DNA of 64,000 nucleotides from an uncultured delta proteobacterium (GCA_963826785.1 CAWGYD010000001.1:640001-704000); one strand, 5' to 3'. Shown: positions 1-10,953, counted from the stretch's first letter. The notes: a model not told the origin generated them from the letters alone. Numbers and translations are program-made.

Positions 1-40
1 AAAGCACCTGTCGAAACATGTTTCGGCAGGTGCTTTTTTT
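1..40 (+). terminator. Rho-independent terminator of an upstream gene
   Basis: aaagcacctgtcgaaac / gtttcggcaggtgcttt inverted repeat (one G-U) running into a T tract. Confidence 0.8.
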
Positions 41-192
41 ATGCTTTTGCAAAGCGATCCCGGGCTTTACAAGTCGGCTGAATTGGTCTAAATTAAATGT
101 CTACGCATGGTGCGACATGGGTTGAAATGGATGCACCCGGATCCGCTTAGCCTGATGGACCGTGCATGACTTTTAAGTGACTGGCGGAAACC

Positions 193-1155
193 ATGCCTGA
201 AAAAACGCCCCTTGAATTTCTGCACTGGAAGCATGAACTGGAAAATGAACTGGCATCCGGCAGCTGCCTCATCGACACCCCGAAGGGTCCGATCGAATAT
301 GCCATCCGGGGAGACCGGGGGCCGGTGGTTGTGGGTGAACACGGCGGACCCGGCGGGTATGACCAGGTTTTTGCCATATGGCCCCATTTGCCGGAAGAAG
401 GATTCAGGCTGCTCTCCTGGTCCCGGCCCGGGTATCTGCGGACCCCGATCACGGTGGGGCGGACATATCCGGAACAGGCAGATGCGCTGTCCGCCTTGCT
501 GGATGCCCTCCATATCGATCAGGCCGCGATTCTCGGCTTTTCCGCCGGAGGTACTGCCGCCATGTCCTTCGCCCTGGCATATCCAGACCGGGTATGGGCG
601 CTCATTCTGGAAAGCGCGGTCAGCCTCGAGTACGAACTGGTGGGCCACAGCATGCGGGAGTCTGACTTTTTCACGCGGTTGGCATTCAACGATCCCGCCA
701 TCTGGCTTTACGAAAAACTGGCGGAATATCTGCCGGACATGGCGTTAAAAGCGCTGGTGGCCATGGAAAGCACCCTTCACCATCAGGAAGCCCGGCGGGT
801 ACTGACACACATCCTGCAGGACCCTGAAAAAGTCGATATCCTGATGAACCTGATCCGGTCCATGTCGCCCATCAGCATCAGAAGAGAGGGCCTCGAAAAT
901 GATCTGGAGCAGCTTAAATACGCCGGCGCACTTCCCATTCACCGGATTTTGGCCCCCACGACGATTTTCCACGGGACCAAAGACGGTGATGTCTCCTTTG
1001 AGCATGCCACTCATATTGCAGACGCGATTGTAGGCGCTGAACTGTGCCCGGTGGAAGGCGGCTTTCACATTCTGGCACTGTCCGACAGCGCGGATGAAAT
1101 TGCTGAAAAGCGCCTCAGTGCGCTGCGGCAACATCAGCCGCCTGCCCAAAAGTAG
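193..1155 (+). CDS. alpha/beta fold hydrolase
   Basis: HGGPGG oxyanion motif, GFSAGG nucleophile elbow, HGTKDGDV acid, GGFH catalytic His. Confidence 0.85.
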   Translation: MPEKTPLEFLHWKHELENELASGSCLIDTPKGPIEYAIRGDRGPVVVGEHGGPGGYDQVFAIWPHLPEEGFRLLSWSRPGYLRTPITVGRTYPEQADALSALLDALHIDQAAILGFSAGGTAAMSFALAYPDRVWALILESAVSLEYELVGHSMRESDFFTRLAFNDPAIWLYEKLAEYLPDMALKALVAMESTLHHQEARRVLTHILQDPEKVDILMNLIRSMSPISIRREGLENDLEQLKYAGALPIHRILAPTTIFHGTKDGDVSFEHATHIADAIVGAELCPVEGGFHILALSDSADEIAEKRLSALRQHQPPAQK

Positions 1156-1253
1156 GATAACTTTCGCCCTTGGAAAGGCTTATCCGATCATAAAATGACC
1201 AATGAAGAATGCAAACATCATCTGATAACCTGTCACTGAAGGGGAATTGAACT

Positions 1254-1832
1254 GTGCTGTCCGATGATAAGAAACGAAAGCAGGTCGAGCACCGGATTGC
1301 GGAACTGAGCCGTCAGGTGGGAGAAATGGACAACAAGATCAGAGCCTACCTGGCGGATCGGCAGCGGCAGCCGCATCCGCGCCATCTGGAGTTTATCCAG
1401 AAAGTTCAGAATTTTCACATCACGCCCGATGTAACGAACCGGCATCTGGAAACATTGCTGGATAACCTGCAATGGAAAGTTTATTATCATCAACGATCGT
1501 GGAAGCAGTTGTGGGAGAATTCCGAATCTGCCAGAAATATGCCGCCGCCGGCATCCCCTGAACCCAGGCCGCCTTCTGTCGACGCTGCGTCGCGTCCGGA
1601 CGAATCATCGTCTTCCCAGTACTCCATCGACAACCTGTGGGAAATCCAGAAGGAAAAGCTCCGGAATTATGGGATTGATACGGTGGATGAGTCCAAGTCT
1701 CAATTCAAGAAGCGTATGATTTCCGAGTATAGGAAACTCAATCAGTCCAAAGCAGCCGGACAGGAAATCGTGATGTCCTTTGACCGGGAGGAGAAGAAAT
1801 GCCGGTTGGAGATAAAGAATAACAAGAACTGA
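1254..1832 (+). CDS. hypothetical protein, resembles MXAN_5187 C-terminal domain family
   Basis: N-terminal coiled coil, Pro/Ser linker, C-terminal helix-helix-beta hairpin pattern; fills the gap between neighbours; family call from memory of the pattern. Confidence 0.55.
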   Translation: MLSDDKKRKQVEHRIAELSRQVGEMDNKIRAYLADRQRQPHPRHLEFIQKVQNFHITPDVTNRHLETLLDNLQWKVYYHQRSWKQLWENSESARNMPPPASPEPRPPSVDAASRPDESSSSQYSIDNLWEIQKEKLRNYGIDTVDESKSQFKKRMISEYRKLNQSKAAGQEIVMSFDREEKKCRLEIKNNKN

Positions 1833-1837
1833 CAGGA

Positions 1838-2818
1838 CTATTCAAGTGCTTCGAACTGCTCCCGGAATGCGGTCATGTCGGGGGGGAGCGGGGCGGTAAA
1901 GCGCATGCGGCTGCCGGTTTCCGGATGGGTGAATTCAATCTGCCAGGCATGCAGCAGGTGCCGGGATACGGTGCGGATCAGGGCGGCGGCGTGTGGATGA
2001 TCCTTGAAACGAAGCAAGGGCCTTTTTGGGCCATAGAGCGAATCGCCCACGATGGGGTTCCCGATGGCCGCGCAGTGGACCCGGATCTGGTGGGTTCGTC
2101 CGGTTTTCAAGTCAAATTCCGCCAGGGTGATCCCCGGATATCGCCGGGCCACCCGAAAACACGTGACCGCCTGCCGGGCATTTGACGAGACCGCCACGGC
2201 CGTCATTTTTTTGCGGTCACGATCATGCCGTCCCACGGGCAGGCGAATGCAGCCGTCCTCTTCAGAAAACGCCCCGAAGACAAAACCGAGATACGTCTTT
2301 TTAACGGACCGGTCTTTGAATTGCCGTATCAGGTGGTGATATGCCGAATCGGTTCGGGCCACCACCAGGAGTCCGGATGTATCCCTGTCCAGGCGATGCA
2401 CGATGCCAGGGCGGAAATCATCGGGAGTTTGCAAGGCGGCACCCGGATAATAATGGCGCAGCGCATTGGCCAGGGTCCCGCTCAAGTGGCCGGGGGATGG
2501 ATGAACCACCATTCCGGGCGCTTTGTTGATGACCAGGATATCATGATCTTCATGGACGATATCCAAGGGGAGCGGCTCCGGGATCAGTTCAAACGGGGCG
2601 GATGCGGGGATTTCCCCTGAAACCAGGTCTCCGGTCCGGACCCGGTACCCGGGCTTCCTATGCGTATTGCCCGCCTGGACAATGCCGTCCCGGATCAATC
2701 GGGTGGCGATGCTTCGGGATAATTCCGGAAATTGTCTGGCAATGAGGAAATCGAGCCGCATGCCGGCGTCCTGTTCTGTGACAGGAAACGAAAATGAAAA
2801 CGGGTCGCTTGCGGGCAT
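1838..2818 (-). CDS. rluD: RluA/RluD family 23S rRNA pseudouridine synthase
   Basis: N-terminal S4 domain (RLDFL..SRS), INKAPGMVVHP, HRLDRDTSG catalytic Asp, TGRTHQIRVH. Confidence 0.92.
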   Translation of the reverse strand: MPASDPFSFSFPVTEQDAGMRLDFLIARQFPELSRSIATRLIRDGIVQAGNTHRKPGYRVRTGDLVSGEIPASAPFELIPEPLPLDIVHEDHDILVINKAPGMVVHPSPGHLSGTLANALRHYYPGAALQTPDDFRPGIVHRLDRDTSGLLVVARTDSAYHHLIRQFKDRSVKKTYLGFVFGAFSEEDGCIRLPVGRHDRDRKKMTAVAVSSNARQAVTCFRVARRYPGITLAEFDLKTGRTHQIRVHCAAIGNPIVGDSLYGPKRPLLRFKDHPHAAALIRTVSRHLLHAWQIEFTHPETGSRMRFTAPLPPDMTAFREQFEALE

Positions 2819-2829
2819 GCGCCAATCGA

Positions 2830-3387
2830 TTACTGTTCGGTCGGATCAGGGCATGGAAACAGGGCTTCGATTTCAGTCCACACGATGGATTCGTCGGCAT
2901 TTCTGGCGGTGCAAAGTTCCTTCAGCAGCAGTCCCCGTGCGGTATCCAGCAGCTTGCGCTCGCCAAATGACAGATCCTTGACCTGCTTTAACAGGAACAG
3001 ATCCCGGAATACTTCCGCCACATCATATAGCGACCCGGTCTTGATCTTGTCCATGTACTCCTTGTACCGCCGGTTCCAGGTCTGATTATCGAAGATGTCC
3101 TCCTTTTTACGGGTCAGCACCGCATAGATATCGGGGATTTTATCTTCTTCAATGATGGTGCGCAGTCCCACGGATTCGACGTTTGAAGTGGGGATCATGA
3201 TGACCATGCTGTTTTCGAAAATCTTTAAGATATAGAACTCATGCTTGTCGCCGTTGATGGTACGGCTTTCGATCGATTCAATCCGTCCCACGCCATGGGC
3301 CGGGTACACGGCCAGATCACCCACCTGAAATGTCTTGATCAAGGGCCTCTCAAATTCGCTTTGTTTTGCTTTTCTCGCCATTATCAT
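2830..3387 (-). CDS. carD: CarD/CdnL family RNA polymerase-binding regulator
   Basis: FQVGDLAVYPAHGVGRI, TWNRRY, LSFGERK motifs. Confidence 0.92.
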   Translation of the reverse strand: MIMARKAKQSEFERPLIKTFQVGDLAVYPAHGVGRIESIESRTINGDKHEFYILKIFENSMVIMIPTSNVESVGLRTIIEEDKIPDIYAVLTRKKEDIFDNQTWNRRYKEYMDKIKTGSLYDVAEVFRDLFLLKQVKDLSFGERKLLDTARGLLLKELCTARNADESIVWTEIEALFPCPDPTEQ

Positions 3388-3463
3388 ACACCAATGAAAA
3401 ATTAAAAATCAGGAAATATAACCTAAAAAATACAAAATATCATTAATTTTATTTTTAATCAAC

Positions 3464-3501
3464 AAAAAAAGGGGGCCGGTGGATGAACCACCGGCCCCCT
3501 T
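3464..3501 (-). terminator. Rho-independent terminator after hppA
   Basis: aagggggccggtgg / ccaccggccccctt perfect stem with an A tract on its left (U tract on the minus strand). Confidence 0.85.
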
Positions 3502-3531
3502 CAGGGGGTAAATTGCTGTATTAAATATTGA

Positions 3532-5571
3532 TTACAGCAGGAACGGCACCATCAGCAGGGCCACCACGTTTAGGATCTTGATCATCGGGTTGATGGCCGG
3601 GCCGGCGGTATCCTTGTAGGGATCGCCGACGGTGTCGCCGGTTACCGCGGCCTTGTGGGCATCGCTGCCCTTGCCGCCGAAGAAACCGTCTTCAATGTAT
3701 TTCTTGGCATTATCCCAGGCAGCGCCGCCGGTGGTCATGGAGATGGCGACGAACAGACCGGTGATGATGCTGCCGATCAGCAGTCCGCCCAGGGCGACTT
3801 TGCCCAGGAGGAAGCCCACCAGAAGCGGAGCCGCTACCGGCAGCAGGGCCGGAACCAGCATTTCCTTGAGTGCAAACCGGGTCACCAGGTCCACGCAGGC
3901 GCCGTAGTCGGGTTTGGCGGTGCCTTCCATGATGCCGGGGATTTCCCGGAACTGACGGCGAACTTCGTCCACCACCGCGCCGCCGGCCTTGCCGACTGCG
4001 CTCATGGCCATCGAGCCGAAGAGGAAGGGCAGCAGGCCGCCGATGAACAGGCCGATGATGACGTTGACGTTGCTCAGGTCAAATGTGATCTTGGCAGCGC
4101 CTTCGCCACCGCGGAGAGCAAACTCCTGGGTGTAGCAGGCAAACAGAACCAGGGCGGCCAGACCGGCGGAGCCGATGGCATAACCCTTGGTGACGGCCTT
4201 GGTGGTATTGCCGACCGCATCCAGGGGATCGGTCACGGCGCGAACGGATTCATCCATTCCGGCCATTTCGGCGATGCCGCCGGCGTTGTCGGTGATGGGG
4301 CCGTAAGCGTCAATGGCAATGACCATACCCGTCATGGACAGCATGGAAACCGCGGCGATGGCGATGCCGTAAAGGCCGGCGAAATGATGGGCCAGGCCGA
4401 TGGCCAGGCAGATGGTCAGAACCGGCGCTGCGGTCGACTGAAGGCTGACGGCCAGACCGGCAATGATGTTGGTGCCGTGACCGGTGGTGGAGGCTTCGGC
4501 AATCCGCTTCACCGGGCCGAAGATGCCCGTATAGTACTCGGTGATGATAACGATCAGCACGGTGAGCACCAGACCGATCAGGGATGAATAGAAAATATTG
4601 ATCGCGGTGATGCCGTTAAAGTCCGTGATGGTTCTCATGGTGACGAAGTAAAAAGCAACAGCCGCGATAATGGCTGCGCCGAACATCCCCTTGTACAGGG
4701 CGCCCATGATGTACTCGCTTTTGCCCAGGCGGACAAAGGCGATGGCGACGATGGAGGCGATAATGGAGATGGCGCCCAGGAGCAGCGGGTAATATACGGC
4801 CATGTCATTTGCCGGGAACAAAAGGTGTCCCAGGAGCATGGCGGCCACTGTGGTCACCGCATAGGTTTCAAACAGGTCCGCTGCCATACCGGCGCAGTCG
4901 CCCACGTTGTCGCCCACGTTGTCGGCGATGGTGGCCGGGTTTCTCGGATCGTCTTCGGGAATGCCCGCTTCCACTTTTCCCACCAGGTCAGCACCGACGT
5001 CGGCGCCTTTGGTGAAGATACCGCCGCCCAGACGGGCGAAGATGGAAATCAAGCTGCCGCCGAAACCAAGAGCCACCAGCGCCAAAACCGCATCCTGCAG
5101 CGGGGTGCCGTACTTCAGCAGCAGGGTGAAGTATCCTGCCACCGAGGTCAGCGCCAGGCCCGCTACCAGCATGCCGGTGACGGAACCGCCCTTGAATGCC
5201 AGGCTCAGTCCTGCTGCCAGACCGTCCTTGGCGGCTTCAGCCGTACGCACATTGGCGATGACGGACACCCGCATGCCGATGTAGCCGGCCGCAAAAGACG
5301 CCAGCGCGCCCACCGCGAAACCGACGGCGGTTTTGGGGCCCATCGTGAAGAAAATAACCACGAAAATGACCGCGCCGACAATGCCCATGCTCTTGGCCTG
5401 ACGTTTCAGGTAGGCAATGGCGCCTTCCTGAATGGCCGAGGCGATCTGTACCATTTTTTCCGTTCCGGTGGGCTTGCCTTTGATAATGGTGGCGACCACC
5501 AGGGAATACAGGATTCCCAGGACGCCGACCAGCGTGCAAGTCAACGGAATGTTTGACAATACTTCTTGCAT
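3532..5571 (-). CDS. hppA: membrane-bound H+-translocating pyrophosphatase, K+-independent type
   Basis: [30 protein letters not shown] motifs; GNTTKA (Lys variant); many TM helices. Confidence 0.95.
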   Translation of the reverse strand: MQEVLSNIPLTCTLVGVLGILYSLVVATIIKGKPTGTEKMVQIASAIQEGAIAYLKRQAKSMGIVGAVIFVVIFFTMGPKTAVGFAVGALASFAAGYIGMRVSVIANVRTAEAAKDGLAAGLSLAFKGGSVTGMLVAGLALTSVAGYFTLLLKYGTPLQDAVLALVALGFGGSLISIFARLGGGIFTKGADVGADLVGKVEAGIPEDDPRNPATIADNVGDNVGDCAGMAADLFETYAVTTVAAMLLGHLLFPANDMAVYYPLLLGAISIIASIVAIAFVRLGKSEYIMGALYKGMFGAAIIAAVAFYFVTMRTITDFNGITAINIFYSSLIGLVLTVLIVIITEYYTGIFGPVKRIAEASTTGHGTNIIAGLAVSLQSTAAPVLTICLAIGLAHHFAGLYGIAIAAVSMLSMTGMVIAIDAYGPITDNAGGIAEMAGMDESVRAVTDPLDAVGNTTKAVTKGYAIGSAGLAALVLFACYTQEFALRGGEGAAKITFDLSNVNVIIGLFIGGLLPFLFGSMAMSAVGKAGGAVVDEVRRQFREIPGIMEGTAKPDYGACVDLVTRFALKEMLVPALLPVAAPLLVGFLLGKVALGGLLIGSIITGLFVAISMTTGGAAWDNAKKYIEDGFFGGKGSDAHKAAVTGDTVGDPYKDTAGPAINPMIKILNVVALLMVPFLL

Positions 5572-5604
5572 GTCTTCCTCCCTACGATTAAAAGTTGAAA
5601 CAAG

Positions 5605-6177
5605 TTAGTTAAAACGGTTCATACCCGTACGAATTCCGTGGGTCAGTATGATAACTGCGGCATCCACAGCCGTGTTTAATACCTCCTCCGTCACCGCTTT
5701 TTCCTGTGCGGAAATTTTGCCCAGAACATAATCCGCGGCATCCATTTCCGCCGGGGGACGGCCGACGCCGAGGCGGATGCGGGGAAAATCACCGCTTCCC
5801 AAGGCGTCGATGATTGATTTTAACCCGTTGTGTCCTCCGTGGCCTCCTTTCATTTTGATTTTAATTTGTCCAGAATGGATATCAATATCATCATGTATGA
5901 CCAGTATCCGGTCTTGATTCAGTTTGAAATATCTCGCCAGCTGGGCAATGGGCGGCCCGCTTCTGTTCATGTAGGCCTCGGGCTTGGTCAGAATCACCTT
6001 GATCCCCTCGATGGTCCCGGTGCCGAACCGATTATCAAACCGGTTCTGACCGACATCGACTTGGAACTTTTCCGCCAGACGGTCGATGACCATAAATCCC
6101 AGGTTATGGCGTGTTTTTGCATATTTTCGTCCGGGATTGCCCAGACCCGCGATCATGTACCCGGATTCGAAATTCAA
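5605..6177 (-). CDS. pth: peptidyl-tRNA hydrolase
   Basis: GLGNPGRKYAKTRHNLGF, HDDID, GGHNGLKSI; conserved prs-rplY-pth order. Confidence 0.96.
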   Translation of the reverse strand: MNFESGYMIAGLGNPGRKYAKTRHNLGFMVIDRLAEKFQVDVGQNRFDNRFGTGTIEGIKVILTKPEAYMNRSGPPIAQLARYFKLNQDRILVIHDDIDIHSGQIKIKMKGGHGGHNGLKSIIDALGSGDFPRIRLGVGRPPAEMDAADYVLGKISAQEKAVTEEVLNTAVDAAVIILTHGIRTGMNRFN

Positions 6178-6192
6178 GATTGAATGTCCGAA

Positions 6193-6837
6193 TTATTCCT
6201 CAGAGGATTCTTCTGCCGCCTCCCCGGCGCCTTCTTCCGCTATCTCTTCGCCCTCCTCGGCTTCCCCTTCTTCACGCCTTGGGCTGACCACGGTGACGAC
6301 GGTGAAATTCACGTCAAACAGAATTTCAACCTCGCCGGGAACGGTAATCTCTTCCACGTGAATCGAATCGCCAATTTCCAGGTTGGTGATGTCGATCTCG
6401 ATCTGCTGCGGGATCTGGGTGGGCAGGCAGGCCACTTCGAGTTCCCGCCGGATAATCTGAAGAATGCCGCCTTCCTCAACGCCTTTTGAGGTGCCGGTGA
6501 AAACCAGGGGAATGGTGGTGGTGATCTTCTGGTCCATCTTCACTTCATAAAAATCGATGTGCAGATAGTGATGGGAGAGGGGATCGGTCTGCAGTTCCTT
6601 GATCATCACTGTCTTTTCCGACGATGTTCCGTTTTCGACCGTCAGATTGATCAGCACTTGATTGTAATTGGTCTTTTTCAGCAGCAGTTCGAGTTCATGC
6701 ATATCAACTGACAGAGGCATACTGCCCGAGGCGGAACCATAGACCACGGCAGGAATTTTTCCATCACGCCGCAGCGTTCGCGCGGTCCCTTTTCCGGTGC
6801 TTTCCCGCGCCTGTACTGTAAGTTTTTTTATATCCAA
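6193..6837 (-). CDS. rplY: 50S ribosomal protein L25 / Ctc (long form)
   Basis: GKGTARTLRRDGKIPAVVYG, HIDFY, acidic tail; TTG start with a GGAGG Shine-Dalgarno. Confidence 0.95.
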   Translation of the reverse strand: MDIKKLTVQARESTGKGTARTLRRDGKIPAVVYGSASGSMPLSVDMHELELLLKKTNYNQVLINLTVENGTSSEKTVMIKELQTDPLSHHYLHIDFYEVKMDQKITTTIPLVFTGTSKGVEEGGILQIIRRELEVACLPTQIPQQIEIDITNLEIGDSIHVEEITVPGEVEILFDVNFTVVTVVSPRREEGEAEEGEEIAEEGAGEAAEESSEE

Positions 6838-6865
6838 TTTTATGCCTCCAATTTCGATGGTGAAT

Positions 6866-7819
6866 TTATATGAACAACGATGTGACAGAATCTCCGGTAT
6901 GGCTCCGAAGGATGGCCTCCCCGAACAGGGAAGATATCGATAAAACCTTTAGTTTTTTACATGCCGAAGTCTTGTCGTTTAGCGGTATGGTATCGGTCGC
7001 CACCACGGTTTTCAACGGCGACTGGTTGATCCTGTCGATGGCCGGACCGGAGAGTACGGCATGGGTGCAGCAGGCGTGGACTTCATTGGCGCCGTGCTCC
7101 ATCAGCGCTTTGGCCGCTTCGGTGAGGGTGCCGGCCGTATCGGCCATGTCATCTAAAATAATGCACTTTTTCTGGTCCACATTCCCGATAACCGCCATGG
7201 CCTTGGCCTTGTTCGGGGCATCCCGCCGCTTGTCGATAATGGCCAGGCCGCAGTCAAGCCGCTTGGCAAACGCCCGCGCCCGTTCCACCCCTCCGGCATC
7301 CGGGGAGACAATGATGGTGTCGCTGGTGAAATTGTCGCGCATATATTCGATCAGCACCGGTGCGGCAAAGAGGTTGTCCACGGGAATGTCGAAAAAGCCC
7401 TGGATTTGACCGGCATGCAGGTCCATGGTGATGATCCGGTTGGCACCGGCGGTGGTGAGAAGATCGGCCACCAGCTTGGCGCTGATGGGTACCCGGGGGG
7501 CCACTTTTTTATCCTGGCGGGCATAGCCGAAATAGGGGATCACCGCGGTGATCCGCTTGGCGGAAGAGCGCTTTAAGGCGTCGATCATCAGCAGCAGTTC
7601 CACCAGATGGTCGTTTACCGGATTGCTGGTGGACTGTATAACGAAAACGTCCTTTGCGCGGACATTTTCATCGATTTCAATCTGGATTTCGCCGTCACTG
7701 AACCGTTTAACTTTCGCTCCGCCCAGATCTCTTTTCAGGTAAGCACAGATCGCTCCGGCCAGCGTCGGGTTGGAATTGCCTGAAAAGAGGATGTATCCGT
7801 TTCCCTGTATATCCATCAC
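6866..7819 (-). CDS. prs: ribose-phosphate pyrophosphokinase
   Basis: [47 protein letters not shown]. Confidence 0.97.
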   Translation of the reverse strand: MMDIQGNGYILFSGNSNPTLAGAICAYLKRDLGGAKVKRFSDGEIQIEIDENVRAKDVFVIQSTSNPVNDHLVELLLMIDALKRSSAKRITAVIPYFGYARQDKKVAPRVPISAKLVADLLTTAGANRIITMDLHAGQIQGFFDIPVDNLFAAPVLIEYMRDNFTSDTIIVSPDAGGVERARAFAKRLDCGLAIIDKRRDAPNKAKAMAVIGNVDQKKCIILDDMADTAGTLTEAAKALMEHGANEVHACCTHAVLSGPAIDRINQSPLKTVVATDTIPLNDKTSACKKLKVLSISSLFGEAILRSHTGDSVTSLFI

Positions 7820-7846
7820 CTTGATTTCCGCACCATATGATTGGAG

Positions 7847-7921
7847 TGGCTGGGGCGGGAGGATTCGAACCTCCGAATGCAGGAACCAAAATCCTGTGTC
7901 TTGCCGCTTGACGACGCCCCA
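7847..7921 (-). tRNA. tRNA-Gln (anticodon TTG)
   Basis: Minus strand reads TGGGGCG..CAGGA TTTTGGT TCCTG..GGTTCGAATCC..CGCCCCAGCCA with encoded CCA; usual ispE-tRNA-Gln-prs position. Confidence 0.96.
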
Positions 7922-8116
7922 ATGGGTTTATCAGCAATATGATTCCATTTTGCCTTCGGCGACCGGTGTCTTTTCCGACCGGTCCCGTCTGGAATCAAAA
8001 TGGAAATAAATCTTTGGAATTTGTGTTCCCGGCCGCCGGCGGCTTAACCGCGGGTGTGGCGGCCTCAGCAGCGCCATTCCTGCAGCCCTGACCCTCAGAT
8101 GAGCCCGAGAAGAAAA

Positions 8117-8959
8117 CTACGTCCGCAGTCGGGTCAGATAGATCTGCCATGTCTTGTTTTCCGATAGCGCCGCATGTGCATCGCGGGCCGCTTCTGTCGT
8201 CTCATAGAGACCGAACACAGCCGATCCGCTGCCGGACATCAATGCGGCCGATGCATGATGCCGCAGCAGGGCCATTTTTGCCCGCCTGCTTTCCGGACAT
8301 AATGCAAACCCGGTTTCCTCCAGGTCGTTGTGCAAACAAACGGAATCCGCTTTTTTCCAGTTCAGCTCAAAAACATTTTTTTTAGGTATTTTTTTGTTTT
8401 TTGTCAATCCTAAATTCAATTTTTTATAGACTTGTGCGGTGGAAACGGGAACGGATGGGTAGATTACCAGCAGCTGAAAAGGGTACAGGTGAAGAAACGG
8501 GGTCAATACCTCCCCGATTCCGGTGGCCACGGCAGGCCTGCCCGAAATAAAAAAACAGACATCGGCCCCGATGGCGCGGCCCATGGCCATCAGCTGACCT
8601 TCAGAAAGCGGGTTTCCGTAGTGGGTATTAAGTTCTTTCAGCACGGCTGCCGCATTGCTGCTGCCGCCCCCGAGTCCAGCCCCCACGGGGATCCGTTTTT
8701 CAATGTGGATCCCCACGGCCCCTGCGATGCCGGCAGTTTCAAAGAAGAGGCGGGCCGCCTTGAAAGCGGTATTGGTTAAATCCCCGGGTACATCCGGATG
8801 GGTGCACGATACGCATGTTTCGGCGCAATTAAAATCAAGCCGGATAATATCATGAAGATCGATGCCGCACATCAGGGTATTGAGTTCATGATACCCGTCT
8901 GCCCGTTTTCCGGTGACCTGAAGAAACAGGTTTATTTTGGCAAAGGACCGTATTTCCAT
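8117..8959 (-). CDS. ispE: 4-(cytidine 5'-diphospho)-2-C-methyl-D-erythritol kinase
   Basis: AKINLFL, DGYHEL, KRIPVGAGLGGGSSNAA, GADV, MSGSGS; start moved to the ATG at 8959 by homology. Confidence 0.95.
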   Translation of the reverse strand: MEIRSFAKINLFLQVTGKRADGYHELNTLMCGIDLHDIIRLDFNCAETCVSCTHPDVPGDLTNTAFKAARLFFETAGIAGAVGIHIEKRIPVGAGLGGGSSNAAAVLKELNTHYGNPLSEGQLMAMGRAIGADVCFFISGRPAVATGIGEVLTPFLHLYPFQLLVIYPSVPVSTAQVYKKLNLGLTKNKKIPKKNVFELNWKKADSVCLHNDLEETGFALCPESRRAKMALLRHHASAALMSGSGSAVFGLYETTEAARDAHAALSENKTWQIYLTRLRT

Positions 8960-9017
8960 AAGCGGACTCAAATAATTCAGGGGGGGTAAAAAATCAATAT
9001 GTTTAAACGGCGAATAT

Positions 9018-9049
9018 AAAAACGGGTGAAGCCCTGCCTCACCCGTTTT
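9018..9049. terminator. terminator downstream of degP, possibly bidirectional
   Basis: aaaacgggtga / tcacccgtttt inverted repeat. Confidence 0.7.
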
Positions 9050-9094
9050 CATCAGCTTTCAGCTTTTGAGTTTCTCAGTCTGCTAGACTTCAAA

Positions 9095-10582
9095 TCATTT
9101 GGTCATCTTGATGACCGTATATCCTTGAAAAGCGCGTTTGATATACATCTGGATGGTTTCTCCGGGTTTGATTCCGTTGATGATTTTTTTATAATCTTCG
9201 ACGTTTTCCACGGGTTTATGATTAATCTGTTTGATAACGTCTCCCTTGGTGACCCCGGCCTGAGATCCCTTGCTTCCATCATCAACGCCGACCACCACTA
9301 CACCGGAAGTATTTTCAAGGTTGAGCTGACCGGCAATGTCATTGGTGATATCGGATACCTGTATGCCAAGGGCGGATTTTTCGGGCGGTTGCTGGGAGGG
9401 TTCCCCCATCGCGGTCGCCTGGGCTTCTTCCCGTTTGGCAACGGTGACCTCCACCGTCTGGGTTTTACCGTTTCGGAAAAGCTTGATTTGCGCCTTATTC
9501 CCGACCGCCAGCCCGGCTACCAGTCGGGACAGGTCCCGGCTGGAATTGACGGCCTCTCCATTGACGGACAAAATGATGTCGCTGGGCTGAATGCCGGCCT
9601 TGTCCGCCGGGTCACCCTTGAACACTTCGGTCACCAGCACGCCATGATCCACCCCGTAATATTCCTGCAGATCGGGGGTGAGATCCTGGATGGCCACCCC
9701 CATCCAGCCCCGGGTCACCTCGCCGGTCTTTTTGAGTTGTTCGATGATGTTTTTGGCCAGATTCACCGGAATGGCAAAACCGATCCCTTCGCCGCCGGCC
9801 ACGATGGCCGTGCTGATTCCGATGACTTTACCATTCATGTCGATCAGGGGGCCGCCGCTGTTTCCCGGGTTGATGGAGGCATCCGTCTGGAGAAAATCGT
9901 CATAGGGGCCGGCACCGATGACCCTGCCTTTGGCACTGATGATCCCGGCGGTTACCGTATGCTCCAGGCCGAAGGGATTGCCGATGGCCAGTATCCACTG
10001 GCCGACATCCACCTGGCTGGAATCGCCCATTTCCAGCACCGGCAGTTCATGATCGGACTTGATCCGGATCAGGGCGATATCCGTACTGGCATCGCTCCCG
10101 ATGATTTCCGCATCGTATTCACCGCCGTCCTTGAGCTTCACCTGGATTTCATCGGCATCGGAGATCACATGGTTGTTGGTGACGATGTATCCCTCTTTTT
10201 CAATGATGAAACCGGATCCCAGGCTCCGCTGCTTATATTCATGCTGGGGCTGGTTATTGAAGAACCGGTCGAAAAATTCACCGAAGGGATCTTCCTGGCC
10301 GCGACCCCCGGGACCGCCGAAAAAGTGTTCGAATACCCGGTTGCCGCCGGTCAGGGTTTTTTCGGTGCGGATATTGACCACCGCCGGACTGGCGTCTTTG
10401 GCCAACTGGGTGAAGTTGTTCGGCGCCACCTGAGCGCTTACGGGCACCGGCTTGGATCCGGCAGCGGAAGCGGCGTAGGGCTGGGGAATGAAGAGGAATA
10501 CCGGTAGAAAAAGAGCGGCCGCGAGAAATAAAATAATTCCCAGTCGGGCGGAATGGAGATTCCCAGGGACGGTTTCCATCAA
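9095..10582 (-). CDS. degP: Do/DegP (HtrA) periplasmic serine protease with two PDZ domains, copy 1
   Basis: Signal peptide, TNNHVI, DIAL, TDASINPGNSGGPL, two PDZ domains. Confidence 0.95.
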   Translation of the reverse strand: MMETVPGNLHSARLGIILFLAAALFLPVFLFIPQPYAASAAGSKPVPVSAQVAPNNFTQLAKDASPAVVNIRTEKTLTGGNRVFEHFFGGPGGRGQEDPFGEFFDRFFNNQPQHEYKQRSLGSGFIIEKEGYIVTNNHVISDADEIQVKLKDGGEYDAEIIGSDASTDIALIRIKSDHELPVLEMGDSSQVDVGQWILAIGNPFGLEHTVTAGIISAKGRVIGAGPYDDFLQTDASINPGNSGGPLIDMNGKVIGISTAIVAGGEGIGFAIPVNLAKNIIEQLKKTGEVTRGWMGVAIQDLTPDLQEYYGVDHGVLVTEVFKGDPADKAGIQPSDIILSVNGEAVNSSRDLSRLVAGLAVGNKAQIKLFRNGKTQTVEVTVAKREEAQATAMGEPSQQPPEKSALGIQVSDITNDIAGQLNLENTSGVVVVGVDDGSKGSQAGVTKGDVIKQINHKPVENVEDYKKIINGIKPGETIQMYIKRAFQGYTVIKMTK

Positions 10583-10629
10583 TCCATCTCCTTCACGTTG
10601 ATATTTAGTTTAATGAATAATTTCGGTAG

Positions 10630-10953
10630 TTAGCCTTCGCATTTTTTTTTGACGTACAATAATCTTAACTCGTACAGAAGATGTGTCAAGAGACGCTTCT
10701 CCTCATGGGTCAGGTTCCCTTCGGTCTTTTCCTTGAGCATGGCCAGAATGTCCAGCGTCTGCTTGGCCAGGATCATGTTGGCCGACCTGCTTTTCGTCAC
10801 CGGGTCGGCTTCGAGCCCCATGTGCATCAATGCCGAGGAATTCAATGATAAAATGAAGGTGGTAAAATTAATTTCCGGCATGGCAAAGGCTTGTTTCTGC
10901 TGTTCCTGGCAATCCGATTCGAACTTTTTTTCCTGGTCAGACATTTTTTTCAC
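10630..10953 (-). CDS. DUF1844 family protein
   Basis: INFTTFILSL..ALMHMG..AKQTLDIL.ML.EKTEGNL..EE pattern. Confidence 0.85.
   Translation of the reverse strand: MKKMSDQEKKFESDCQEQQKQAFAMPEINFTTFILSLNSSALMHMGLEADPVTKSRSANMILAKQTLDILAMLKEKTEGNLTHEEKRLLTHLLYELRLLYVKKKCEG

Noticed and set aside
7941..8005. Inverted repeats upstream of tRNA-Gln (ttccattttg/caaaatggaa, gaccgg/ccggtc)
   Set aside because: Short stems with no recognisable RNA family; not enough to call a feature
9026..10507. 493-aa plus-strand ORF antisense to degP
   Set aside because: Shadow of a GC3-biased gene on the opposite strand; no recognisable motifs
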